A stretch of DNA of 64,000 nucleotides from Acidimicrobiaceae bacterium. GTDB lineage: Bacteria; Actinomycetota; Acidimicrobiia; Acidimicrobiales; Poriferisodalaceae. The translations under genes and the position numbers were made by a program. The stretch covers positions 20,612 to 84,611 of the forward strand of contig PBHE01000002.1 in the NCBI GenBank assembly GCA_002719335.1, in the 5' to 3' direction. Below the pieces are notes generated by a model. It searched no databases, was not told where the DNA came from, and saw nothing but the letters and a program-made list of their open reading frames with translations. Position 1 is the stretch's first letter. Every line of letters starts with the position of its first letter. Shown here one piece after another: positions 56,137-64,000 of this stretch.

Positions 56137-56967
56137 CGACGCATCCGGGGCCTTGTACACCAGCGGAAAGCAATCTTCATCATCGGGATATTGGCCAATT
56201 TCGACCGTCGTGTCTTCGCCGGTGACAGTAGGGTCACAACCCGCATGGGGATACCAAGTGACATCATCACCAAGCCATCGGGTGGACAACGCGACTCGAC
56301 GTCCATCCCCAGCATTTCCGGGGGAACCATGCAATCCCCACGCGGAAAAGAACAGAGCATCGCCGGGCTCAACGTCAAACCCGACGATGTCATAGTCCTC
56401 TCTAGCCCCGGCCACGTCCGGACACGGCTCGCCTTCAAAATCATCTACCCAGCCTTTTGAACCATCAAACGCTTCTGGAGCGAAATATGAATCCCAGCCA
56501 TGAGAGCCTCGGACAAACTCCAGTGAACTTTCTTCAACGGTGACTCGGCTCGTCGATACCCACGCCGAACAGATCTGCTTGCCGAGAAACGGCCAGTAGG
56601 GAATGTCTTGATGCCACGGAGTTGGAGCTTGCGTCTTGGGTTCTTTTATCAGCAAGTGGTCGAAATAAAATCGGGCGCTTGCAGAACCCATCAGTGCGGC
56701 CGCTATGTGACCAACTCCAGACTCATAGATGTAGCGGTTAACCGTCGGATCGCTCTTCCAGCGATATCGACTCGTAAAGAGCCGGTCTCTCCTGGCACCG
56801 GGGTTGGTATCGGTGACCCATCTCCCAGGGTCTAACAGTTGCGCATCCGCCATTGCCTCTATTTGGGGCAGCCATTCCTCGGACACGGCATTGGGAATTT
56901 TCACCACTCCGTCAGCTGAGTAGGCCGCGTGCAGTTCTTCGGTCACCTTGGGATGCGACGCGATCAT
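56116..56967 (-). CDS. phytanoyl-CoA dioxygenase (PhyH)-family Fe(II)/2OG oxygenase
   Basis: It has WHQDIPYW (HxD), a distal His in GLHGSPGN, and Arg in ALSTRW. Confidence 0.7.
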   Translation of the reverse strand: MIASHPKVTEELHAAYSADGVVKIPNAVSEEWLPQIEAMADAQLLDPGRWVTDTNPGARRDRLFTSRYRWKSDPTVNRYIYESGVGHIAAALMGSASARFYFDHLLIKEPKTQAPTPWHQDIPYWPFLGKQICSAWVSTSRVTVEESSLEFVRGSHGWDSYFAPEAFDGSKGWVDDFEGEPCPDVAGAREDYDIVGFDVEPGDALFFSAWGLHGSPGNAGDGRRVALSTRWLGDDVTWYPHAGCDPTVTGEDTTVEIGQYPDDEDCFPLVYKAPDASLSEFSA

Positions 56968-57096
56968 CGGTGGCTCCTTCGTCCCAGCAGATGCTTAACA
57001 CGTTATTTTTGTCAGTCGGTGGGGTAAAGCGAAAATTTGAGCCATTAGAGAGAATTACATTGAGGCAACCAGGCCAAAGCAGATTGGAATGATCAG

Positions 57097-58053
57097 GTGA
57101 AAGTCGGTTTTATTGGACTCGGTAACGTCGGTGGCAAATTAGCCCACAGCATTCTTCGCAATGGATTCGACCTCACGGTACGAGACTTGGACCCGGCCAC
57201 AACGCAACAGTTTCTGAGTTCTGGGGCGTCGGTTGCGCAATCCCCTCGAGAAATTGCGGAAGCGTCCGAAATCATCATCACGTGTTTACCGAACCCCTCG
57301 GCCAGCGCATCGGTAATGGAAGACGACGACGGGATTCTCGCCGGACTCACAGAAGGGAAAATCTGGATCGAGATGAGTACCACCGACCAGCACGAGGTGC
57401 TGCGTCTCGGGCAAAAGGTCGAAGCTTTGGGTGCTTCACCCGCAGATTGCCCGGTCTCAGGTGGGTGCCATCGTGCAGCAACAGGAAACATCGCTATCTT
57501 CGCGGGCTGCGCGAGGGATGTATTTGAAAGAGTGCTACCTCTTCTCACCAGGATGGGGCGACAAGTGCTACACACCGGTGATCTTGGTTCCGCATCAATC
57601 TTAAAGGTCGTAACTAACTACTTAGCGACTGCGAACCTGTTGTCGCTTTCCGAAGCCCTGGTTACAACCAAGGCCGCGGGATTGGATCTAGCTACCGCGT
57701 ATGAAGCTATCCGAATTAGTTCTGGCAACTCATTCGTTCACGAGACCGAAAGCCAAGTAATTCTCAATGGAAGCAGGGACATCAATTTCACGATGGATCT
57801 TGTCGTTAAAGATATTTCACTCTTTCAAGAGGTTGCGGACCGCGAAAGCGTGCCTCTGGAACTCTCACCGCTACTCATCGAAATCTTTCGCGACGCTCAA
57901 CAGAGGTACGGCCCCAGAGAATGGTCACCCAACGTCATTCGACGCCTAGAAGATGCAACTGGGTTGGATATCAGAGCCCAGGGGTTTCCTGCCGAGCTCA
58001 TCGATCACGAAGCGGAAGAACTGGGACAAGAAGTCGTAGTAACTCGCTACTGA
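57097..58053 (+). CDS. NAD(P)-dependent beta-hydroxyacid dehydrogenase (3-hydroxyisobutyrate/6-phosphogluconate dehydrogenase-like)
   Basis: It has VGFIGLGNVGGKLA at the N-terminus and the later KVVTNYL segment. The start is GTG. Confidence 0.75.
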   Translation: MKVGFIGLGNVGGKLAHSILRNGFDLTVRDLDPATTQQFLSSGASVAQSPREIAEASEIIITCLPNPSASASVMEDDDGILAGLTEGKIWIEMSTTDQHEVLRLGQKVEALGASPADCPVSGGCHRAATGNIAIFAGCARDVFERVLPLLTRMGRQVLHTGDLGSASILKVVTNYLATANLLSLSEALVTTKAAGLDLATAYEAIRISSGNSFVHETESQVILNGSRDINFTMDLVVKDISLFQEVADRESVPLELSPLLIEIFRDAQQRYGPREWSPNVIRRLEDATGLDIRAQGFPAELIDHEAEELGQEVVVTRY

Positions 58054-58094
58054 ACGTTCCTGCATCTCCTACCCGACGCTTCTAGGCTAGGAGC

Positions 58095-59045
58095 ATGTCT
58101 AATGGGCTATCAGAGAGCGCTCTCAGGCTCCTGCCCGCGGCAGAGGAGCAACCGCTATGCGCGTCGCACGCGCGCTCAATCAACATCGACCCGTGCGGCA
58201 ACGCCCTATTTATCGACGCCTTAATCCTCGTCGAAGTCCCCCTTCCCTGGCCAAAACCGATTTTTGAGCATCCCTTGCTCGAAGGCTTCACCTCCATGGG
58301 GAACACCTCGCTCGGTTCCACACGGGTTCTGGCAGCCGTGCCTTCAGGAACACAGCCCGGTATCCGGGTCATCGTGTACCAGCGTGATGAAATCGGGGTT
58401 CAAAGTTGGGGCTTCAGACCAACAGATCCGGCGGAACTCGCACGTTTCGCAAATCAAATCAAGACCGCCCATCCTGAAGAACTGGACATCACACTCGACA
58501 AATTCCATCCACCGGAAATCGCTGTCTTAATTTGCACCCAGGGAAGCCACGACGTTTGTTGTGGCAGCGAGGGCACCAGGTTCGCCTCCGAACTCGAAGA
58601 CCAGGCTCCCGGTCTCGCGATTTTTCGAGTAAGCCACACCGGCGGCCATCGGTTCGCTCCCACCGCGCTCACAATTCCAGACGGACGTATGTGGGGGTAT
58701 TTAGACACCAAGTCAATGCTGTCGATTCTTGAACTCACCGGAGATGTACACGGGCTCAGCAAATACTGTCGAGGATGGTGGGGTGCCCCGTCAGGCCCTG
58801 GTCAGGTGGCGGAACGAGCGGTGTTCGAACGGGTTGGCTGGGACATGGACCTAACGCCTAGAGAGTTGCGGGTAGACGAAACAGCGAGCGGTTGGACAGT
58901 GACCCTGTCCGTAGCCCTGGAGAAATGGACCGTGGAAATAATTCAGGGAAGAGAAGTTCCTACGATTAGCTGCCGTGCGGAGGGTGGAATGCCCGCTAAG
59001 CCGGCCTACGAATACATCGTTTCGTCCATCAACCCGCCTACATAA
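58095..59045 (+). CDS. sucrase/ferredoxin-like family protein
   Basis: It has the signatures CTQGSHDVCCGSEG and SHTGGHRFAP. Confidence 0.65.
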   Translation: MSNGLSESALRLLPAAEEQPLCASHARSINIDPCGNALFIDALILVEVPLPWPKPIFEHPLLEGFTSMGNTSLGSTRVLAAVPSGTQPGIRVIVYQRDEIGVQSWGFRPTDPAELARFANQIKTAHPEELDITLDKFHPPEIAVLICTQGSHDVCCGSEGTRFASELEDQAPGLAIFRVSHTGGHRFAPTALTIPDGRMWGYLDTKSMLSILELTGDVHGLSKYCRGWWGAPSGPGQVAERAVFERVGWDMDLTPRELRVDETASGWTVTLSVALEKWTVEIIQGREVPTISCRAEGGMPAKPAYEYIVSSINPPT

Positions 59046-59059
59046 CTCTGTCACCAGAT

Positions 59060-59869
59060 TTATGTGAAGGAAAACTCGATCATTCCTAAGTCGCGGTAGT
59101 CGACTCTGAAGTGGTCTCCAGCACGACAGTCGACAGGTCGAGTGAAGGACCCGCTCAAAACAATCTGTCCAGGCTCCAGAGCAACGCCGTGCGGTGCATA
59201 ACGTTTCGCCAACCACGCAACACCTCGCGCAGGGTGACCGAGAACGGCGGCTGCTACACCCGATTCCTCAATGGTGCCGTTGCGCTCACATACTGCGGCT
59301 ACCCAAGGAAGATCTAGGTCCTCTGGGCTTTCGCGAGAATCCCCCATGACGATTCCCGCATCGGCAGCGTTGTCGGAGATGGTATCGGTGACCGTTCGAG
59401 TGAGGCCAGTGCGGGGGTGCTTGCGATACGAGCGGGCGTCAATCAATTCGATGGCGGGAACGACAACTTCCGTCGCATCGAGCACCTGCTCAACCGTGAC
59501 GTCAGTTCCCTCGATGCGATCGCCGATGATGAAAGCCAACTCAACTTCGATCTTGGGGTCGCAATAGTGCGATGCTTCCAACTCGCAGCCATTGCTGAAC
59601 AACATGTCATCAAGCAGATAGCCGTAATCCGGTTCGTCAATATTCATCGCTAATTGCATCGCTCGAGATGTGAGCCCAATCTTGTGACCAACGAGTTGGG
59701 CACCGCGATTCAGTTCAATGCGTAGCCAGGCGTTCTGGATGGCATAACCATCGTCGATGGTCATGTCCGGGTGTTCCACGCTTACTGGAGTTATCTGAAT
59801 GGCGGTTTGTCGGGCCTCATCATGGAGACGTGCCTGACGTTCGACTTCTACGTCGTTCAAAGTTCTCAA
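59060..59869 (-). CDS. hpaH: 2-oxo-hept-3-ene-1,7-dioate (or 2-oxopent-4-enoate) hydratase
   Basis: It has AIQNAW...VGHKIGLTSRAMQ, which is typical of the MhpD/HpaH family. It lies in an operon with hpaE and hpaF. Confidence 0.7.
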   Translation of the reverse strand: MRTLNDVEVERQARLHDEARQTAIQITPVSVEHPDMTIDDGYAIQNAWLRIELNRGAQLVGHKIGLTSRAMQLAMNIDEPDYGYLLDDMLFSNGCELEASHYCDPKIEVELAFIIGDRIEGTDVTVEQVLDATEVVVPAIELIDARSYRKHPRTGLTRTVTDTISDNAADAGIVMGDSRESPEDLDLPWVAAVCERNGTIEESGVAAAVLGHPARGVAWLAKRYAPHGVALEPGQIVLSGSFTRPVDCRAGDHFRVDYRDLGMIEFSFT

Positions 59870-61395
59870 GATTTCGATACCCCTAATTTGCCAATGTCAT
59901 GCGAGCCATAGGCCATCGCTATGTTCTTAGTTTCCATGTAGAACTCGAAGCTATAGTCGCCTCCATCGCGTCCAATGCCGCTACGTTTCGTCCCTCCGAA
60001 TGGCGTAGGCAAATGTCTGACATTCTGGGAATTCACCCACACCATTCCAACGTCGAGGTCGCGAGCGACGCGGTGGGCTCGTCCAGCATCTCCGGTCCAC
60101 AAGTATCCGGCGAGCCCGTAGTCAACATCGTTGGCGATCTGCACCGCCTGATCCTCGTCCGAGAACGGGATCACTGTTAACGCGGGGCCGAAGATTTCTT
60201 CCTGGCTAATCCTCATGGAGTTATCCGCGTCGAGGAAGAGCATTGGGGGGACGAAATTCGAATCGGGATCAAACTTGTGGTCTCCGATTACTACCTTGGC
60301 CCCCTCTTCAATTGCCTGATCCAGGTAAGACCTGACTTTGGCGCAGTGTGTCGGATGGATAAGCGGCCCGATCTCAGTTGCCGGGTCTAACGGATCGCCC
60401 ACCCGAAGGCCTTTAACTCGCTCCGTTAAACGGTCAACAAACCAATCGTGAACCGTGTCTTGCACGATAAGGCGACTACTGGAGGTGCACCTTTCACCGT
60501 TGAGGCTGTAAATCATGAAAACCACAGCGTCAAGGGCGCGCTCTATATCGGCATCATCGAAGACAACCACGGGGTTTTTCCCACCGAGTTCGAAATGCAC
60601 GCGTTTGAGCGTTGGCGCTCCCTGCGCTTGGATCAGTGAACCGGTAGAAGATTCGCCCACGAACGCGATGGCCTTGATCGCTGGGTGTTCAGTCAGCGCT
60701 TTCCCGGCAACTTCCCCGATTCCGTGGACGACATTTAGCGCTCCCGCGGGAAGCCCCGCATCATGAGCAATTTCTCCGAGAATTGATGCTGTGAACGGGC
60801 TCCATTCCGCAGGTTTGTGCACCACCGTGCAACCCGACGCGAGCGCTGGAGCGATTTTCCACGTCGAAAGCATGAACGGTGTGTTCCAGGGCGTAATCAC
60901 CCCAACGGGACCAATCGCTCGTCTTGTCGAATAGTTGAGGTGTGTCGATGTCGGCATGGCATCACCATCAAGCGCGGCCGGGGCGGCGTCGGCAAAGTAT
61001 CGAAAATTTTCTGCGCCACGGATCGCAGCCGAACTCATAAACCGAATCGGCTGACCAGTGTCGACAGATTCAACCGTCGCGATTTCGTCGGCTCGTTCAA
61101 CAATTAAATCGGCAACTCGGTGCAAGATTTTCTTACGGTCACTACCCGGCCGCGAAACCCAATCGCCGAAGGCCGCAGCCGCCGCGTCCGCGGCGAGCCC
61201 TATCTCGGTTGGTCCCCCAGCAGCAACCTGACCTAACGACGTTTGATCAACAGGTGAAAAATTTTCAAATGTGGATGACGAAGAACTAGGAACAAGCTGG
61301 CCGCCAATTAGATGTAATAGCGGCCCGCTTGAAAATCTTTTGAGGGATTCTTTAGCTATCTCCATATTTGCTTCGAGTGATCGCGCTGAACTCAC
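59866..61395 (-). CDS. hpaE: NAD-dependent aldehyde dehydrogenase, probably 5-carboxymethyl-2-hydroxymuconate semialdehyde dehydrogenase
   Basis: It has ALDH motifs FELGGKNP and the catalytic Cys in NGERCTSSSR. Its context is between hpaF and hpaH. It has a GTGA overlap with hpaF. Confidence 0.7.
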   Translation of the reverse strand: MSSARSLEANMEIAKESLKRFSSGPLLHLIGGQLVPSSSSSTFENFSPVDQTSLGQVAAGGPTEIGLAADAAAAAFGDWVSRPGSDRKKILHRVADLIVERADEIATVESVDTGQPIRFMSSAAIRGAENFRYFADAAPAALDGDAMPTSTHLNYSTRRAIGPVGVITPWNTPFMLSTWKIAPALASGCTVVHKPAEWSPFTASILGEIAHDAGLPAGALNVVHGIGEVAGKALTEHPAIKAIAFVGESSTGSLIQAQGAPTLKRVHFELGGKNPVVVFDDADIERALDAVVFMIYSLNGERCTSSSRLIVQDTVHDWFVDRLTERVKGLRVGDPLDPATEIGPLIHPTHCAKVRSYLDQAIEEGAKVVIGDHKFDPDSNFVPPMLFLDADNSMRISQEEIFGPALTVIPFSDEDQAVQIANDVDYGLAGYLWTGDAGRAHRVARDLDVGMVWVNSQNVRHLPTPFGGTKRSGIGRDGGDYSFEFYMETKNIAMAYGSHDIGKLGVSKS

Positions 61396-61781
61396 CTCAA
61401 CTCCTCATAGTGATCTCGAATCGAGTTGTCGTTAATCCTCATTGCAGCATCGATTGTCTGTATTTCAACACTCAGCGCAAGCGGTTGCTGCTCTTGAACC
61501 GAACTCAGCGTTTCCGAGCACGCAGCCATAAGAAGATCTCGAATCTCGATAAGCGGCTCCCGCCCTCTGTCCCCATTGAGTCGAGCTACTACTGCGACAA
61601 AGATGTTGCGAGGGTCGCCATTAGCCACCACATACTGCTCTCGTTTCAGCGCTCGGGTCCGAAGTCCGGCCAACGGGACCGAGGCGTGTGACCCTGCGGC
61701 ATCATGCACCGACGTAAGTAGCGCTCCAACGTCAATATGATCTTCAAGATTGGCCGAATACTCAACGACAATGTGGGGCAT
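61392..61781 (-). CDS. hpaF: 5-carboxymethyl-2-hydroxymuconate isomerase
   Basis: It is 129 aa. The N-terminal MPHIVVEYSANL (Pro1 after Met removal) is typical of CHMI/tautomerase-superfamily members. Confidence 0.75.
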   Translation of the reverse strand: MPHIVVEYSANLEDHIDVGALLTSVHDAAGSHASVPLAGLRTRALKREQYVVANGDPRNIFVAVVARLNGDRGREPLIEIRDLLMAACSETLSSVQEQQPLALSVEIQTIDAAMRINDNSIRDHYEELR

Positions 61782-61863
61782 TCATTTGCTTTCGGCTAAG
61801 GGCTCTATCTCGGCCCGGCGATATGCGTAACATGTTACCAACTGTCGGGAGGGAGCTTTCCTC

Positions 61864-62730
61864 ATGAAATTCGTCACCTGTCGCCACGGCGGCAGAACTA
61901 CTTGGGGGGCTGTGACCGAGGACGGGGATGGAGTCGTCGACCTTGGGCGACGCCTTCCAGACGTACCGGACCTTAGTAGCGCGCTGGAGAGCGGCCGTCT
62001 AGACGAGGCTCGAGACGCGGCTAGTTGGGCTGAAGCCGACTTCGCGTTGTCTGATGTGGTCTTTGAACGAACGATCCCGCGCCCAAAAAAAATCATTTGT
62101 ATCGGAGTGAATTACGGCGGTAGGAACGCCGAATATGCGGATTCGAGCTCAAGTAGCAATCCCAGCGTCTTTGTCCGTTTTCCAGCATCGCTGACCGGGC
62201 ACGGACAGGCACTTGTTAGACCGCCAGAAAGCGATCAACTTGACTATGAGGGTGAGATCGTCGCTGTAATCGGCAAGCAAGGACGGCGTATCGCTCAACA
62301 ACACGCCCGCGAACACATCGCTGGGTTAACTCTCGGTAATGAAGGCACCATCCGTGACTGGCTACGTCACGCGAAATTCAATGTCACGCAGGGAAAGAAT
62401 TGGGAAAGATCGGGCTCAATGGGGCCATGGCTGGTCACGCTTGATGAGATCGGCGACTTCGAAGATCTGCGTCTGCAAACTCGCGTGAACGGAGAACTGC
62501 GCCAAGACGACAGTCCCGCCACGATGGCCTACTCGATCGAATATCAGATCGAATATCTCTCGAAGTTCATCACCCTCGACCCCGGTGACGTGATCTACAC
62601 GGGCACGCCAACAGGGGCCGGAGCGCATCTCGACCCACCGGTGTGGCTATCTCCAGGCGACGTGGTTGAGGTATCGGTCGAAGGCATCGGCACTCTAATG
62701 AACACGATCGAAGACGAGAATTTACTGTGA
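61864..62730 (+). CDS. fumarylacetoacetate hydrolase (FAH)-family protein (HpaG-like decarboxylase/isomerase or hydratase)
   Basis: It has KIICIGVNYGGRNAEY, LDYEGEIVAVIG and GDVIYTGTPTG. Confidence 0.8.
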   Translation: MKFVTCRHGGRTTWGAVTEDGDGVVDLGRRLPDVPDLSSALESGRLDEARDAASWAEADFALSDVVFERTIPRPKKIICIGVNYGGRNAEYADSSSSSNPSVFVRFPASLTGHGQALVRPPESDQLDYEGEIVAVIGKQGRRIAQQHAREHIAGLTLGNEGTIRDWLRHAKFNVTQGKNWERSGSMGPWLVTLDEIGDFEDLRLQTRVNGELRQDDSPATMAYSIEYQIEYLSKFITLDPGDVIYTGTPTGAGAHLDPPVWLSPGDVVEVSVEGIGTLMNTIEDENLL

Positions 62731-63176
62731 TTCAACCTCTTCGACCGTTCGAACGCTCGTTACCTATGGCGCTGATGCGAGCCAGAGAGGCGGTGATGCG
62801 CGAGTTCAGACCGCGCCTGGCTGCCGACGAGCTAACGGAACAGCAATGGCGTGTTCTGCGAGCACTGTACGCATTTGAAAAACCGCTAACCACACGCCAA
62901 CTCAGCGAAATGACGTTCCTCCTCGGTCCTTCCCTATCCCGGATAACTGCACACCTTTCCGAACGCGGTCTCGTAGGGCGTGCTCCACATCCGACCGACC
63001 AAAGAAGCAACCTCCTATATCTCACGGATGCAGGTAAGGCCCTGGTTTCAAAGGTCGCAACGGGGAGCGAGGAAGGTTACGCAGCAATTGAAGCGAGTTT
63101 CGGGGTAGACCGATTGGAGCTACTTCATGAGTTGTTGAATGAATTAGCCGCTGCGCAAACCAGCGCAGAGTCCTAA
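62727..63176 (+). CDS. hpaR: MarR-family regulator of the HpaR (homoprotocatechuate degradation) type
   Basis: It has LMRAREAVMREFRPRLAADELTEQQWRVLRAL and DQRSNLLYLT. It has a GTGA overlap with the FAH gene. Confidence 0.7.
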   Translation: MIQPLRPFERSLPMALMRAREAVMREFRPRLAADELTEQQWRVLRALYAFEKPLTTRQLSEMTFLLGPSLSRITAHLSERGLVGRAPHPTDQRSNLLYLTDAGKALVSKVATGSEEGYAAIEASFGVDRLELLHELLNELAAAQTSAES

Positions 63177-63213
63177 TGTTTGAAAGGTTCAGAGGGTCGA
63201 AGGAGGACGAACT

Positions 63214-64000
63214 GTGACTGCACCGCTGGAGGGCATACGAGTCATCGAGTTTGCGAACTTTGCTGCTGCACCATCAGCTACAGCAATCATGGCCGACCTG
63301 GGCGCCGAAGTAATCAAGGTGGAGACCATCGGAGGTGACCCGATCAGAGGCCTTATGAAGCAGGCCAAAGTTGGCGAGGGCGAGCACAACCCCGACCATC
63401 CTTTCCAATTCATTAATCGGGGCAAGAAGGGAATAGAGCTCAATCTTGACAATCCCAAGGGAGCTGATATCGCTCGACGCCTAATAGCGGAATGCGACGT
63501 CGTGGTCATGAATCTTCTCAAGGAGCGCCGGGAACGCTTCGGCCTCGACACCGAGGACTTGTTCAAAATCAAATCTGACCTGGTAATTGGTTTGTTGTCC
63601 GGGTATGGCGAAGTTGGCGAGGAGGTCAATCGTCCCGGCTACGACGTCACAGCTTTTTTTTCTCGCTCAGGTGTTTACGGCGGTGGCACCGCCCCAGGCG
63701 GTCCCCCGCCGCACGCTCGTCCGGGCTCGGGTGACCACACAACTTCTATAGCGTTATTCGGGGCATTAATGACGGGGCTGCGATCTCGTGACGTAACCGG
63801 AGACGGGCAGGTCGTTGAGGCATCGTTGTTGAGAACAGCAACGTGGACCATCAGCCTTGATTTAGTCACATCACTGGTTGACGGCCAGCCGGCATACGAC
63901 CGGCCACGAGAAAAAGGCCTGTCAGCGATGCTGGAAGCGTTCCAGGCATCGGACGGACGATGGCTGCAGTTCGCTATGCCTGACACAGGAGACGCTTGGG
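63214..64000 (+). CDS. family III CoA-transferase (CaiB/BaiF), 3' end outside the window
   Basis: It is not in the ORF track because it has no stop in the window. The GTG at 63214 has AGGAGGA upstream. My translation gives GIRVIEFANFAAAPSATAIMADLGAEVIKVET...PGYDVTAFFSRSG...GDGQVVEASLLRTATW with no stop up to 64000. Confidence 0.8.
   Translation, partial: MTAPLEGIRVIEFANFAAAPSATAIMADLGAEVIKVETIGGDPIRGLMKQAKVGEGEHNPDHPFQFINRGKKGIELNLDNPKGADIARRLIAECDVVVMNLLKERRERFGLDTEDLFKIKSDLVIGLLSGYGEVGEEVNRPGYDVTAFFSRSGVYGGGTAPGGPPPHARPGSGDHTTSIALFGALMTGLRSRDVTGDGQVVEASLLRTATWTISLDLVTSLVDGQPAYDRPREKGLSAMLEAFQASDGRWLQFAMPDTGDAW

Noticed and set aside
62085-62092. Homopolymer runs inside coding regions (A8 at 62085-62092 in the FAH gene, T8 at 63654-63661 in the last CoA-transferase gene). 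They were considered as frameshift or phase-variation sites.
   Set aside because: Both genes read through the runs in frame with family-consistent residues (PKKI and AFFS). There is no evidence of disruption.
1-64000. Dozens of 60-170-aa ORFs in the track lie antisense to, or out of frame within, the large genes (for example 13485..13925, 14691..15197, 40896..41363, 57093..57575, 63189..63629).
   Set aside because: These are typical shadow ORFs of GC-rich DNA. They have Arg/Ser/Pro/Ala-rich translations without motifs, are fully nested in strongly supported genes, and have no independent RBS.
1-64000. A search by eye for tRNA/tRNA-Sec, rRNA, CRISPR repeats, IS/transposase/integrase genes, toxin-antitoxin genes or defence-system genes.
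   Set aside because: None were found. All intergenic gaps are under 180 nt and lack cloverleaf-like or regularly spaced repeat structure beyond those reported. All large ORFs have metabolic, transport or regulator signatures.

Overview
This is a 64-kb, gene-dense segment of moderately high GC with about 60 protein-coding genes. I found no rRNA or tRNA genes, CRISPR arrays, transposases or phage genes. Several traits look actinobacterial: F420-type luciferase-like oxidoreductases, an Rv2466c-type (mycothiol-type) DsbA-like protein, many GTG/TTG starts, and frequent 4-nt ATGA/GTGA start-stop overlaps. The content is almost entirely catabolic and rich in paralogs. It holds 6 genes with 8 family III (CaiB/BaiF) CoA-transferase domains, 4 crotonase-fold proteins plus a MaoC dehydratase, 4 SDRs and 4 amidohydrolases. 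It also holds 3 MFS transporters, 2 LLM oxidoreductases, 2 Zn-ADHs, 2 acyl-CoA synthetases and 2 ACAD-fold proteins. The 3' end carries a partial homoprotocatechuate (hpa/hpc) meta-cleavage cluster. The most notable observation is that two genes are split by the ORF track at an in-frame TGA. In each case the TGA falls at the first position of a UxxC redox motif, and a SECIS-like hairpin follows. One gene is an orphan GrdB/PrdB-family protein (11823..12728, minus strand). The other is an Rv2466c/DsbA-like thiol reductase (29630..30253, plus strand). Both are candidate selenoproteins. Other points of interest are tandem-fused CoA-transferases whose second domain seems to lack the catalytic Asp, and a truncated 'half' CoA-transferase between two crotonases. 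There is also a Cys-less desulforedoxin-like small protein and an unusual hpaB-like/PLP/FMN/TPP operon. All functional calls come from reading motifs in the translations by eye. No database search was run.
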